Assembly: GCA_963764505.1 (NCBI GenBank)
Contig: CAVXSP010000001.1
Location: 2,164,614 to 2,228,613, forward strand
Length of the DNA: 64,000 nt
Origin: an uncultured Acidobacteriota bacterium
GTDB lineage: Bacteria > Acidobacteriota > Vicinamibacteria > Vicinamibacterales > SCN-69-37
Direction of reading: 5' to 3'
In this document: piece by piece, positions 29,606 through 39,611 of the stretch
How positions within the stretch are numbered: position 1 is the first letter of the stretch
Layout of the letters: every line of letters starts with the position of its first letter
Translations under genes and position numbers: made by a program
The notes under the pieces: generated by a model
The model's database searches: none
Told to the model about the DNA's origin: nothing
Seen by the model: the letters and a program-made list of their open reading frames with translations, nothing else

Positions 29606-31050
29606 CCGGCGGTCGGTGCCGGCGAGCGATCGGCGTCGGCGTCATGCTCGCGCTGGCGCGGGCCGCCGGGCCCGTCGTCTGGGCGGACGCGGCACCCGTG
29701 CGGTGGGCGCAGCTGCCGCCGCTGACTTCACCGTGCGACGGACCGCGCGAGTACTCGGGCGCGCCGATCGACATCGACTTCGAGGGCAGCGATCTGCGCG
29801 CCACGCTGCGGCTGCTGGCCGAGACCGGCGGGATCAATCTCATGCTCGATCCGAGCGTGCCGGCCGGCGCGACGGTCGATCTCGAGCTGACGCAGGTGCC
29901 GTGGGATCAGGCGCTGGCGCTCGTCCTCCTCGGCGGCCGTCTGACGTGTGTCGCCGAGGGGCTGGTGATCCGCGTGCTGACGCGCGAGGCGCGTGCGAGC
30001 GAGCTCGACCAGCAGGCGCTCCAGCGCCGCGCGACCGAGGACCTGCCGGAGCTGGAGGCGCTCTACCTGCGGTTGAACTACGCCGCCGCGGGGGCCCTGC
30101 GCGATCTGATCAAGCAGGGGCGCATCATCTCGGCGCGGGGCACCGTCGACGTCGATCCGCGCACCAACACGCTGATCGTCAAGGATACGTCGCGCAAGCT
30201 GCAGGAGGTCCGCGACCTCGTCCGCAGCCTCGACCTGCCGGAGCCGCAGGTCGAGATCGAGGCGCAGATCGTCGAGACCGATCACGACTCGGCGCGCGCG
30301 CTCGGCGTTCAATGGGGCCTGAACGGCCGCGCCAGTCCCGAGCTCGGCAACACGACGGGGGTCGCGTTTCCGAATCACGTGACGATCGGCGGCCGCACCG
30401 GCTCGCAGCAGGGCGCGGCGGTCGGGGAAGGCGCCGACCCCCGGGCCTCCGGCGTCGAGCGCAGCGGCACGGCCGTGGACCTGCCGGCCACCGGTGCATC
30501 CTCGGCGCTGGGGGTGACGCTTGGCGCGGTCAACGGCGCCTTCAACCTCGACCTGGCGCTCTCGGCGCTCGAGCATCAGGGCCGTCTGCGGATCCTGTCG
30601 AAGCCGAAGGTGACGACTCAGAACAACCGGGAGGCCGAGGTGGCGACCGGCTTCCAGGTGCCGTTCCAGACCGTCTCGAACAACACCGTGGTGACGCAGT
30701 TCCGTGACGCCGCGCTGAAGCTCACGGTGCTGCCCCAGGTTACCGCGGCGGGCATGGTGATCATGAAGATCGATCTCTCGAACGATTTCCCGGACTTCAG
30801 CCGCGCGGTCAACGGCAATCCCTCGATCAACACGCAGCGGGCGACGACCGAGATCCAGGTCGCCGACGGCACGACCGCCGTCATCGGCGGAATCAACCAG
30901 ATGAAGGAACAGAGCAAGCACGACCAGACGCCGGGAATCGCGAGCCTCCCGCTCTTCGGCTGGCTCTTCCGACGGACCGAGGTGTCGGCCGAGACCCAGG
31001 AGCTCTTCATCTTCATCACGCCGCGTGTGCTTCCAGTGGAGCGCCCATGA
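29602..31050 (+). CDS. pilQ: Type IV pilus secretin PilQ (short form)
   Basis: GGINLMLDPSV ... VPWDQAL N-domains. Secretin core with RILSKPKVTTQNNREA and TPGIASLPLFGWLFRR. 4-nt overlap with the upstream gene. Confidence 0.85.
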   Translation: MTGGRCRRAIGVGVMLALARAAGPVVWADAAPVRWAQLPPLTSPCDGPREYSGAPIDIDFEGSDLRATLRLLAETGGINLMLDPSVPAGATVDLELTQVPWDQALALVLLGGRLTCVAEGLVIRVLTREARASELDQQALQRRATEDLPELEALYLRLNYAAAGALRDLIKQGRIISARGTVDVDPRTNTLIVKDTSRKLQEVRDLVRSLDLPEPQVEIEAQIVETDHDSARALGVQWGLNGRASPELGNTTGVAFPNHVTIGGRTGSQQGAAVGEGADPRASGVERSGTAVDLPATGASSALGVTLGAVNGAFNLDLALSALEHQGRLRILSKPKVTTQNNREAEVATGFQVPFQTVSNNTVVTQFRDAALKLTVLPQVTAAGMVIMKIDLSNDFPDFSRAVNGNPSINTQRATTEIQVADGTTAVIGGINQMKEQSKHDQTPGIASLPLFGWLFRRTEVSAETQELFIFITPRVLPVERP

Positions 31051-31718
31051 GCGGCCTGTCTCGGTGCCGTGCCGGCCGCCAGGGTCGCCGGGCGCGGGTG
31101 ATGGCGAGGGTCGTCGCGGCGGCGCTGCTGACGGCGGGCTGCACGAAGGCGCAGCTCGACGGCCGCTCGAGCGCCTACGCCGTCCTCGACGAGTTGACGG
31201 CAGCCTCGGGCGCCACGCCCGCGACGTTCGGCGGAGCCCTCGCCTCCGACGTGCTGACCTACGTCCGGAAGACTCGCGAGAACCAGCAGGTCTGCGAACC
31301 GGCGAGGTTCGCCGATCACGCGCGCGCGACCTTCCACCTCGCGCTCCGGGATCCCGGCGGCGGAGACACGCCGACGACCCCGACGGCCGCGAACGCGATC
31401 ACGTTCACGCGTTACCGGGTGGAGTTCGTCCGCGCCGATGGCCGGAATGTCGCGGGCACCGACGTCCCGTACGCATTCGACGGCGGCCTGACGATGACGG
31501 TCGCCGGCGGCGAGGTGTCGATGGCCGAGCTGACGATCGTACGGGCGCAGGCGAAGGAGGAAGCTCCCCTGAAGAACCTCGTCGGCGGCGGAGGCGCCGG
31601 AACGATCGCGACGATCGCCCGCGTCACCTTCTACGGCACCGATGCCGCAGGCCGGCCAGTTCGAACCGAGGGCGGGCTCGACGTCGACTTCTCCGACTGG
31701 AGCGACCCGGAATGCTGA
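31047..31718 (+). CDS. Lipoprotein of unknown function, translationally coupled to pilQ
   Basis: ATGA overlap with the pilQ stop. Lipobox LLTAGC; an alternative ATG at 31101 lies directly before the leader. I recognise no domain. Confidence 0.55.
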   Translation: MSGLSRCRAGRQGRRARVMARVVAAALLTAGCTKAQLDGRSSAYAVLDELTAASGATPATFGGALASDVLTYVRKTRENQQVCEPARFADHARATFHLALRDPGGGDTPTTPTAANAITFTRYRVEFVRADGRNVAGTDVPYAFDGGLTMTVAGGEVSMAELTIVRAQAKEEAPLKNLVGGGGAGTIATIARVTFYGTDAAGRPVRTEGGLDVDFSDWSDPEC

Positions 31719-32749
31719 CCATGGGTCGGATTGGCGGTGCCGCCGGCCGAGGTTCGGCTCGCGCGCGTCTCGCGCGCCTGGCTGCGGCGATCATCGGGAT
31801 GGCCCCCGGCGTCGCCTGCGGGCTGTCGCCTCGAGACGCGCCGCCTCTGGCTGGCCCCTCGGAGCTGGCGCTGTCGCTCGTCGTCTCGGCCACTCCGGAC
31901 CTGATCGCCCAGGACGGGCGGTCGCAGTCGCTCGTCCGGGTCGTGGCGAAAGGTCCCGACGGCGAGCCGATCGCCGGCCTGTCCCTCCGGCTGATGATGT
32001 TCCTCGACGGCGTCGGTCAGGACTACGGCGCGCTCGCGGACAAGTCGCTCTCGACCGACGCCAGCGGCGTGGCGGCGACGATCTACCGGGCGCCGGCCCC
32101 GCCTCCCGCGACGGCGACCGAGGATCGGGTCGTCGAGATCGAGGTGCTCCCCGTCGGCGGCGACTTCTCCACGGCGACGCCGCGGCGCGTCAGAATCCGC
32201 CTGGCGCGGGAGGGAGTGATTCTGCCGCCGAATCCACCGCTCGCTGCGACGTTCTTCCATTCGCCCGAGCAGCCTCACGAGAGCGAGACGGTGCAGTTCG
32301 ATGCCACGCCCTCCAGCGGCGTCGTCGCCTCGTACGCGTGGACGTTCGGCGACGGCGGGTCGGGCGTGGGGCCGCGCCCCGCACACGTGTATCTGGTGGC
32401 CGGCACGTACCGCGTGACGTTGACCGTGACCGACGACCGTGGGGCGCGGGCGTCGAGCGAGCCGACGCCGGTGACCGTCGTGCCGGCCCCGGACCCGATG
32501 GCATCGTTTGCCTTCTCGCCAACGGATCCGCAAGCGGGCGATCCCGTGAACTTCGATGGCACCGGCTCGGCGGTGCCGGCCGGGCGCACGATTGTCGAGT
32601 ACCTCTGGAATTTCGGCGACGGCAGCGGCGGTGCCGGCCGCACCGCGGCGCACCGCTTCGATCGGGCGAGCACCTACACGGTCGGCCTCATGGTGGTCGA
32701 CAGCGCGGGGCGGCGGGGCGTGACGTCCAGGACCGTTCTGGTCCGCTAG
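31712..32749 (+). CDS. Lipoprotein with Ig-like (Big/invasin-like) domain and two PKD repeats
   Basis: Leader ...AAAIIGMAPGVACG. LVVSATPDLIAQDGRSQSLVRVVAKGPDGEPIAG (Big-like). Two WxFGDG...Y.V.L.V.D PKD units (YAWTFGDGG..., YLWNFGDGS...). 7-nt overlap with the previous gene. Confidence 0.7.
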   Translation: MLTMGRIGGAAGRGSARARLARLAAAIIGMAPGVACGLSPRDAPPLAGPSELALSLVVSATPDLIAQDGRSQSLVRVVAKGPDGEPIAGLSLRLMMFLDGVGQDYGALADKSLSTDASGVAATIYRAPAPPPATATEDRVVEIEVLPVGGDFSTATPRRVRIRLAREGVILPPNPPLAATFFHSPEQPHESETVQFDATPSSGVVASYAWTFGDGGSGVGPRPAHVYLVAGTYRVTLTVTDDRGARASSEPTPVTVVPAPDPMASFAFSPTDPQAGDPVNFDGTGSAVPAGRTIVEYLWNFGDGSGGAGRTAAHRFDRASTYTVGLMVVDSAGRRGVTSRTVLVR

Positions 32750-32764
32750 TACGCCAGGGCACGG

Positions 32765-33883
32765 TTGCGGTACGATGCTCGCGTGTTCGATTGGGCCGGG
32801 CGGTTGACGCGCCTTGCGGGGATCTGCCGGCAGCAGGGGCTGGATGCCGTCGTCATCTCTTCGCCGACGAACATCCGGTACCTGACCGGCTTCGCCGGGT
32901 CCGCCGGAATTCTCGTTGGGACGGCCGAGACCCACATCCTGATCACCGACGGTCGATACGAGGCGTTCGTCCGCGAGGCCCTCGCGAGGGGCCGCATCGC
33001 GCCGGTCTCGATCGAACGGGTGGAGTTGCGCTACGACCTCACCCTGGCCGCGGTGCTCGAGCGCTTGCGGCCGCGAACGATCGGGTTCGAGGCCGAGCAC
33101 GTGACCGTGGCGACCTTCGGACGCTGGCGCGCGTCGGCGACGCAAGCCGAATGGCGTGAGATGACGCAGATGGTGGAGCCGCTGCGGCTCGTGAAGGACG
33201 CCGACGAGCTGGCCGTACTGCGGCGCGGCGCACGGGCGCTCAGCGGCGTGGCCGGGTCGCTCGGGGACTGGGTGCGGGCGGGACGCGCCGAGATCGAGAT
33301 CGCCCGCGACGTCGATCGCGCCATCGAACGAGCCGGATTCGAGCGCCCGGCCTTCGACACCATCGTCGCGTCGGGGCCGAACAGCGCGTATCCGCATGCA
33401 CGACCGACCGACCGACGCCTCGAGCCGGGCGATCTGGTCGTGCTGGACTTCGGCGGGGTTTTGGACGGATACTGCGTCGATTTGACCCGAATGGCCGCGG
33501 TCGGCCTGGCCGGGTCCGAAGCCCTTCGCCTGTACGATGCGGTGCGCCTGGCGCAGGACGCGGCCGTGCAGGCGATCCGGCCTGGCGTCAAAGGCACTGA
33601 CGTGGACGGCGCCGCGCGCCAGGTGCTCGAGGCGCGCGGTCTCGGGCCGGCCTTCGTGCACGGCACCGGACACGGTCTGGGCCTGGAGCTTCACGAGGCC
33701 CCGCGCCTCGCTCGCGCCGAGTCAGGGGCTCAGGACGTGCTCGAGGCCGGGATGGTATGTACGATTGAGCCCGGCGCCTACGTGGAGGGCGTCGGCGGTG
33801 TTCGTCTGGAGGACGATGTGGTCGTGACGATCGGAGGGTCGGAGCTGCTTACGGACGCACCTCGTGATCTCCTGATCGTCTGA
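32765..33883 (+). CDS. pepP: Xaa-Pro aminopeptidase (M24 family)
   Basis: Creatinase-like N-domain followed by VLDFGGVLDGYCVDLTR, HGTGHGLGLELHE, EPGAY...GGVRLED metal ligands. Start is TTG at 32765 or GTG at 32783. Confidence 0.85.
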   Translation: MRYDARVFDWAGRLTRLAGICRQQGLDAVVISSPTNIRYLTGFAGSAGILVGTAETHILITDGRYEAFVREALARGRIAPVSIERVELRYDLTLAAVLERLRPRTIGFEAEHVTVATFGRWRASATQAEWREMTQMVEPLRLVKDADELAVLRRGARALSGVAGSLGDWVRAGRAEIEIARDVDRAIERAGFERPAFDTIVASGPNSAYPHARPTDRRLEPGDLVVLDFGGVLDGYCVDLTRMAAVGLAGSEALRLYDAVRLAQDAAVQAIRPGVKGTDVDGAARQVLEARGLGPAFVHGTGHGLGLELHEAPRLARAESGAQDVLEAGMVCTIEPGAYVEGVGGVRLEDDVVVTIGGSELLTDAPRDLLIV

Positions 33884-33909
33884 GCGGTTTCCTGGCGAAA
33901 ACCGCTGTC

Positions 33910-34398
33910 ATGAATCTCGACGACATCAAGCAAATCCTCGACCTCGTCCGTGAGCACGACCTGGCGGAGCTCGAGATCGAGCGGGACGGGCTCAAAGTCC
34001 GCATCCGCAAGGCGATCGCCGGACCTCAGCCCCAGCACGTCGTGATGGTGCCACCATCCGTGCCGATGGCGCCGCCGGCCCCTGTTTTCGCCAGCCCGTC
34101 CCCGATTCCGGCGCCGGCGCCGGGTGCGGACGAGCCCGAGCCGATCGAAGGCGTCGAGCTCGCCGTGGTGAAGTCTCCAATCGTCGGCACGTTGTATCGC
34201 GCGCCCGAGCCAGGGGCGCCGGCGTTCGTGGAAGTCGGCACGTCCGTCAGGAAAGGCCAGGTGCTGTGCGTCATCGAGGCCATGAAGCTGATGAACGAGA
34301 TCGAAAGCGACCGTGACGGCGAGATCGCCGCGATCTACGTCGAAAACGGACAGCCCGTCCAGTTCGGCGACCGGCTGTTCGCGATCAAGGTGAGCTGA
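33910..34398 (+). CDS. accB: Biotin carboxyl carrier protein of acetyl-CoA carboxylase
   Basis: Pro/Ala linker followed by [12 protein letters not shown] (biotinyl-Lys motif). Confidence 0.93.
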   Translation: MNLDDIKQILDLVREHDLAELEIERDGLKVRIRKAIAGPQPQHVVMVPPSVPMAPPAPVFASPSPIPAPAPGADEPEPIEGVELAVVKSPIVGTLYRAPEPGAPAFVEVGTSVRKGQVLCVIEAMKLMNEIESDRDGEIAAIYVENGQPVQFGDRLFAIKVS

Positions 34399-34405
34399 CG
34401 GAGCC

Positions 34406-35779
34406 ATGTTCAACAAAGTTCTGATCGCCAACCGGGGCGAGATCGCCCTGCGGATCATCTGTGCCTGCCGGGAGCTCGGTATCAAGACGGTGGCCGTCTA
34501 CTCCGAGGCCGACGAGCACGCGCTGCACGTCCGGTTTGCCGACGAGGACGTCTGCATCGGGCCCGCGAGGAGCCTGGACAGCTATCTGAACGTGCCGGCG
34601 ATCATCAGCGCCGCCGAGATCACCGGCGCCGACGCGATCCATCCCGGCTACGGCTTCCTGTCCGAGAGTCCGTACCTCGCGGAGGTCTGCGAAGCCTGCC
34701 ACATCAAATTCATCGGGCCCTATCCGAACGTGATTCGCCTGCTCGGGGACAAGGCCCGCGCCCGGCGCGCCATGAAGAAGGCCGGCGTGCCCGTCCTGCC
34801 CGGCAGCGACGGCCCCGTGCAGGGCGAAGAGGAGGCGGCCAGGGTCGCCAAGGAGCTCGGATATCCCGTCATCATCAAGGCGGTCGCCGGCGGCGGCGGA
34901 CGCGGGATGCGCGTCGTCCGAGCGGCCGAAGAGCTCGGGCCCGCGCTCAAGACGGCGCAGCGGGAGGCGGAGGCGGCCTTCGGCGTCGGCGACGTGTACC
35001 TCGAGAAATACGTCGAGGCCCCGCGGCACATCGAGATCCAGGTGCTGGGCGACCACCACGGCAACGTGATCCATCTGGGCGAGCGCGAGTGCTCGATTCA
35101 GCGTCGGCACCAGAAGCTGGTCGAAGAGGCCCCGTCCCCGGCGTTGACCGAACGGCAGCGCCGGAAGATCGGCGCGACGGTGGTCGACGCGGCGAAAGCC
35201 GTCCAGTACACGAACGCGGGCACGTTCGAGTTCCTGATGGACCCGTCCGGTCATTTCTATTTCCTCGAGGTGAACACGCGCCTGCAGGTGGAGCACCCCG
35301 TGACCGAGTTCGTCACCGGCGTGGACATCGTCAAGGAGCAGATTCGGGTCGCCGCGGGACAGCGGCTCAGCGTGCGGCAGAACGACGTCCACGTCCGGGG
35401 GCATGCGATCGAGTGCCGGATCAACGCGGAGGACCCGGAGACGTTCGTCCCGAGTCCGGGTCTGATTCACGCCTTCAGCGTCCCGGGCGGACCGGGCGTG
35501 CGCGTGGACACCTACGCCCACTCCGAGTGCACCGTGTCGCCGTACTACGACTCCCTGATCGCGAAGATCATCACGTTCGGCCGCGATCGGAGCGAGGCGA
35601 TCGCACGCATGCGCCGCACGCTCGAGATGACCGTCGTCGACGGGATCAAGACGTCGATTCCGCTGCATCTCAAGATTCTCGCCGAACCCGATTTCGCCGC
35701 CGGGCGTCTGAGCACCGCCTTCATGGAGCGGTTCATGAAGGAGAAGAGCGGCGCCGCCGCGCTGGCGGAATCCGCGTAG
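34406..35779 (+). CDS. accC: Biotin carboxylase
   Basis: [43 protein letters not shown]. Confidence 0.95.
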   Translation: MFNKVLIANRGEIALRIICACRELGIKTVAVYSEADEHALHVRFADEDVCIGPARSLDSYLNVPAIISAAEITGADAIHPGYGFLSESPYLAEVCEACHIKFIGPYPNVIRLLGDKARARRAMKKAGVPVLPGSDGPVQGEEEAARVAKELGYPVIIKAVAGGGGRGMRVVRAAEELGPALKTAQREAEAAFGVGDVYLEKYVEAPRHIEIQVLGDHHGNVIHLGERECSIQRRHQKLVEEAPSPALTERQRRKIGATVVDAAKAVQYTNAGTFEFLMDPSGHFYFLEVNTRLQVEHPVTEFVTGVDIVKEQIRVAAGQRLSVRQNDVHVRGHAIECRINAEDPETFVPSPGLIHAFSVPGGPGVRVDTYAHSECTVSPYYDSLIAKIITFGRDRSEAIARMRRTLEMTVVDGIKTSIPLHLKILAEPDFAAGRLSTAFMERFMKEKSGAAALAESA

Positions 35780-35813
35780 GGACGCCCGAGCCGAAGCCGG
35801 GCGCCAGCGCTCC

Positions 35814-36479
35814 ATGGCCGTTCGCGTGGTCCTTCCCTCCGCGCTCTACGCGATCCTGGATGTCGAGTCGACGCGGTCGGCCGGGCTGGCGCCGCTGGAC
35901 CTGCTGGAGGCCTGGCTGGACGCGGGCGTGCGGCTCGTCCAGGTGCGGGCGAAGAACGCCCCTGGCGGCGAGCTGCTGTCGCTCGCCGACGCCATGGTGC
36001 GCCGATGCCGGGACGCAGGCGCGGCGCTGATCGTCAACGACCGGGCAGACGTCGCGCTGATGGCGTCCGCTGACGGCGTGCACGTCGGTCAGACGGATCT
36101 GCCTCCGTCGGCCGTGCGGGCCCTGATGGGGTCGGGGCGATGGATCGGCTTCTCGACCCACGACGACGCGCAGGCCGCGGCCGCACGCGACGAGCCGATC
36201 GGCTACCTGGCAATGGGCCCGGTGTTCGCCACCTCGACGAAGCATGGCGCCGATCCGCCTGTGGGTCTCGAGGGCATCCGACGTGCCGCGGCCGTGGCCC
36301 GCGCGGACGGACGGCCGCTCGTGGCGATTGGCGGCATCACCCTGGCGTCCGTGCCCGCGATCCGCGCCGCCGGCGCCGATGCGGTCGCCGTCGTTTCCGA
36401 TCTGCTCGTGGGCGACCCGGGCGGGCGGGCCCGGGCGCTGCTCGCGGCCGCCGAAGGGGCCGGAGAGCCCACGCTATAA
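35814..36479 (+). CDS. thiE: Thiamine-phosphate synthase
   Basis: LYAILD ... VQVRAK ... INDRADVAL ... GVHVGQTD ... AIGGI pattern. Confidence 0.85.
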   Translation: MAVRVVLPSALYAILDVESTRSAGLAPLDLLEAWLDAGVRLVQVRAKNAPGGELLSLADAMVRRCRDAGAALIVNDRADVALMASADGVHVGQTDLPPSAVRALMGSGRWIGFSTHDDAQAAAARDEPIGYLAMGPVFATSTKHGADPPVGLEGIRRAAAVARADGRPLVAIGGITLASVPAIRAAGADAVAVVSDLLVGDPGGRARALLAAAEGAGEPTL

Positions 36480-36480
36480 T
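36475..36480 (+). promoter_or_regulatory. Candidate -10 hexamer TATAAT upstream of the permease gene
   Basis: Consensus TATAAT (context ACGCTATAAT) 50 nt upstream of the ATG at 36531. No convincing -35. Confidence 0.3.
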
Positions 36481-36530
36481 TCGCGCGCGTCCTGCCTGTC
36501 TCCCGGGCGAGTGGGGAAAGGAACGAACGG

Positions 36531-38030
36531 ATGTCGCTGTTCGCAACGAAATCCATCGAGCTGCTGAAAGCTCAGGCCGCCGACACGGGCCAGCACAGCC
36601 TCAAGCGCGTGCTGGGACCGCTCAATCTCGTGACGCTAGGCATCGGCGCGATCATCGGCACGGGGATTTTCGTGCTGACCGGCCAGGCGGCCGCGCAGTA
36701 CACCGGGCCGGCCATCGTTCTCTCGATGGTGCTGGCAGGCGTGGCGTCCGCGCTGGCGGGCCTGTGCTATTCGGAATTCGCGTCGACGGTGCCAATCGCC
36801 GGATCGGCCTATACCTACGGCTACGCGACACTCGGCGAGTTCTTCGCGTGGATCATCGGCTGGGATCTGATTCTCGAATACGCGCTCGGCGCGGCGACGG
36901 TGGCGGTTGGCTGGGGCGGCCACCTCACCAGCTTCCTGCACGACTTCGTCGGCGTGGACCTGCCGGCGGCGTTCGCCTCGGCCCCGTGCACGGTGATCAA
37001 CGTCGCCGGCTGCAGCCCGGAGGCGATCGTCAATCTGCCGGCGGTGCTGATCACCCTGGCCGTGACCGCGCTCATCATCGTCGGCATCAAGGAGTCGGCG
37101 AACGTGAATTCGGCGATCGTGATCGTGAAGGTTGCGGTCGTGCTCATCGTGATTGTCGGCGGGGCGGCGTACGTGAACCGCGCGTACTGGCATCCGCTCG
37201 TGCCGCCGAACGCGGGCACGTTTGGCGCCTATGGCTGGAGCGGCGTGCTGCGGGGCGCCGGGGTCATTTTCTTCGCGTACATCGGGTTCGATGCCGTGTC
37301 GGTCGCGGCGCAGGAGGCGAAACATCCGCAGAAGGACATGCCCATCGGCATTCTCGGGTCACTCATCGTCTGCACGGTGCTCTACATCCTCGTGTCCGGC
37401 GTGATGGTCGGGCTGGTGCCGTACCAGCAGATGCTCGGGCAGGCCGCGCCGATGGTCGTCGCGATCCGCGCGGCAGAGGCCGCCTCCGGCGGCAGCGCGC
37501 TCCTGCACTCGATGACCATGCTCGTCGAGGTCGGCGCGATCGCCGGACTGAGTTCCGTCATGGTCGTCATGATGATGGCGCAGCCGCGCATCTTCTACTC
37601 GATGGCGAACGACGGCCTGCTGCCGCCGTTCGCAAAGAAGATTCATCCGCGCTTTCGCACGCCGCACGTCACCAGCATGATTACCGGCGTCGTCGTTGCG
37701 CTCGCGGCGGGGTTCACGCCGATTGGCGCGCTCGGCGAGCTGGTGAGCATCGGCACCCTGCTCGCGTTCGTGATCGTGTCGCTGGGGGTGCTCTTCCTGC
37801 GCCGCCGGCGGCCGGACCTGCACCGGCCCTTCCGGACGCCCTGGGTGCCGGTCGTGCCCATCCTGTCCGCGCTCGTCAGCTTCGGGCTGATGCTCGGGCT
37901 GCCCGGGGAAACCTGGGTGCGGCTGCTGGTCTGGATGCTCATCGGGCTCGTCATCTACTTCAGCTACGGCTACCACCACAGCGAGCTGCGCCGGGCCGCC
38001 GCGCGCGAGCGCGACCTCCGCAGGGCCTGA
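36531..38030 (+). CDS. APC-superfamily amino acid permease (cationic amino acid transporter-like)
   Basis: 499 aa, ~12-14 TM helices. LNLVTLGIGAIIGTGIFVLTGQAA signature. Confidence 0.85.
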   Translation: MSLFATKSIELLKAQAADTGQHSLKRVLGPLNLVTLGIGAIIGTGIFVLTGQAAAQYTGPAIVLSMVLAGVASALAGLCYSEFASTVPIAGSAYTYGYATLGEFFAWIIGWDLILEYALGAATVAVGWGGHLTSFLHDFVGVDLPAAFASAPCTVINVAGCSPEAIVNLPAVLITLAVTALIIVGIKESANVNSAIVIVKVAVVLIVIVGGAAYVNRAYWHPLVPPNAGTFGAYGWSGVLRGAGVIFFAYIGFDAVSVAAQEAKHPQKDMPIGILGSLIVCTVLYILVSGVMVGLVPYQQMLGQAAPMVVAIRAAEAASGGSALLHSMTMLVEVGAIAGLSSVMVVMMMAQPRIFYSMANDGLLPPFAKKIHPRFRTPHVTSMITGVVVALAAGFTPIGALGELVSIGTLLAFVIVSLGVLFLRRRRPDLHRPFRTPWVPVVPILSALVSFGLMLGLPGETWVRLLVWMLIGLVIYFSYGYHHSELRRAAARERDLRRA

Positions 38031-38962
38031 TGTCCGCCCGACGCCTCGATGGTGTCGCCGCCGCGGCGGCGTTTCGCGCCGAGCTGACACCCCGCGTCGC
38101 CGCCTTCGCCCGCGCGCACGGACGTCCGCCCGGGCTCGGCATCGTGCTGGCCGGCGACGACCCGGCGTCGCACGTCTATGTCCGCAACAAGGAGCGCGCG
38201 GGCGCCGAGACCGGCCTCGAGGTGACGGTGCACCGCCTCGCCGCCGAGACGCCAGCCGAGGCGATTCGGGCGCTCGTCGTCCGGCTGAACGAGGAAGCCC
38301 GCTGCGACGGGATCCTGGTCCAATCGCCCCTGCCGTCCACGATCGCGCGCGCGGCCGCGCAGCGCGTCTTCGACGCCATCGACCCGGCCAAGGACGTCGA
38401 CGGATTCCATCCGCACAACGTCGGCCTGCTGGTCCTGGGACGCGCGGTGCTCGTACCCGGCACACCGTCGGGCATCATCGCCCTCCTGGACCGCGAACAG
38501 CTGCCGATCGCGGGCCGCCACGCCGTCGTGATCGGACGGAGCGACATTGTCGGGAAGCCGATGGCGCTGCTGCTCCTCGGCCGCGACGCCACGGTGACCA
38601 TCTGTCACTCGAAGACCCGGAACCTCGCCGCCATCGCCGCCGGCGCCGACCTCCTCGTCGCGGCGATCGGGCGGCCTGGCTTCGTGACGCCCGAGTTCGT
38701 CAAGCCCGGCGCCGTCGTCGTGGATGTCGGGATCAACCGGGTGGAGGACCGCGCTCGCGTGATCGACCTGTTCGGCCACGGCAGCGCGCGGCTCGCCGAT
38801 TTCGACCGCCGCGGCTCGCTGCTGGTCGGTGACGTCCATCCGGCCGTGGCGGCGCGCGCCGGGGCGCTCACGCCCGTGCCCGGCGGCGTCGGTCCCCTCA
38901 CCATCGCGATGCTGCTCCGGAACACGCTCACGGCTGCGGAGACGCGTGCGATGCGGCAGTGA
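38030..38962 (+). CDS. folD: Bifunctional methylenetetrahydrofolate dehydrogenase/cyclohydrolase
   Basis: PGLGIVLAGDDPASHVYVRNK, GILVQSPLP, VIGRSDIVGKPMALLL, PVPGGVGPLTIAML. The ATG overlaps the permease stop (TGATG). Confidence 0.93.
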   Translation: MSARRLDGVAAAAAFRAELTPRVAAFARAHGRPPGLGIVLAGDDPASHVYVRNKERAGAETGLEVTVHRLAAETPAEAIRALVVRLNEEARCDGILVQSPLPSTIARAAAQRVFDAIDPAKDVDGFHPHNVGLLVLGRAVLVPGTPSGIIALLDREQLPIAGRHAVVIGRSDIVGKPMALLLLGRDATVTICHSKTRNLAAIAAGADLLVAAIGRPGFVTPEFVKPGAVVVDVGINRVEDRARVIDLFGHGSARLADFDRRGSLLVGDVHPAVAARAGALTPVPGGVGPLTIAMLLRNTLTAAETRAMRQ

Positions 38963-38965
38963 GGC

Positions 38966-39580
38966 TCATCGCCATTGTCTCCATAGTTCCCGCACCTGTT
39001 CGTCCGTTTCCGCCAGCGTCCCGGACGTGTCGATGACGTCGGTGGCCCGACGGCGCTTCTCGTCGATTGGGAGCTGCGCCGCCATTCGGGCCATGGCCTG
39101 CTCGCGATTCCAGCCGCGCGCAACGAGGCGGTCGACCTGCTGCTCCGATGAACAGGCCGCCACGATGACCCGGTCGAAGTCCGCGTCGCGGCCGGTCTCG
39201 TAGAGGAGCGGAATGTCGGCGATGGCGAACGCGGGCGAGCCGGATCGGTCGAACTGCCGCCCGAGCGTGACAAACCACGCGTCGATTCGCCCGTAGACGA
39301 CCGGATGGACGATGGCTTCGAGGTCCCGGCGCGCCGCTGGGTCAGCGAACACGATTCGGGCGAGGGCGGCGCGATCGAGGGCTCCTGCCGCATCGACGAT
39401 CCCCGCTCCAAACCGATCCGCGACCGCCGAGAGCTCCTGCGCGCCCGGCTGCAGGACTTCGCGCGCGATCGCGTCGGCGTCGATCACCGGCACGCCGAGC
39501 CGCGCGAATCGCTCGAGGCAGTACGACTTGCCCGTGCCGATGCCGCCGGTCAGGGCGATCCGCAGGAAACTCGAGCGCAT
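38966..39580 (-). CDS. coaE: Dephospho-CoA kinase
   Basis: IALTGGIGTGKS P-loop. 204 aa. Confidence 0.9.
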   Translation of the reverse strand: MRSSFLRIALTGGIGTGKSYCLERFARLGVPVIDADAIAREVLQPGAQELSAVADRFGAGIVDAAGALDRAALARIVFADPAARRDLEAIVHPVVYGRIDAWFVTLGRQFDRSGSPAFAIADIPLLYETGRDADFDRVIVAACSSEQQVDRLVARGWNREQAMARMAAQLPIDEKRRRATDVIDTSGTLAETDEQVRELWRQWR

Positions 39581-39611
39581 GGAGGCCGGCGAGCGTCGAT
39601 TGCGGGCGGCG

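Noticed and set aside
31631-33694. 687-aa ORF on the minus strand. Many similar long ORFs overlap real genes in other frames or strands, e.g. 1586..2914, 2838..4118, 4151..5410, 6011..7231, 7156..8310, 8540..9694, 9643..10845, 11705..13348, 23638..24972, 29728..30921, 34385..35815, 39312..41057, 41476..43356, 43427..45355, 46631..48454, 50114..52903, 52816..54048 and 54521..55891.
   Set aside because: Their translations are Arg/Ala/Pro/Gly/His-rich low-complexity strings with no recognisable motifs. Each lies opposite or out of frame to a gene with clear family signatures. This is the typical high-GC open-frame artefact.
36140-38962. 940-aa ORF running from thiE through the permease to folD.
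   Set aside because: Only the segment from the ATG at 38030 (MSARRLDGVAAAAAFR...) matches FolD. The remainder is the off-frame translation of thiE and the APC permease.
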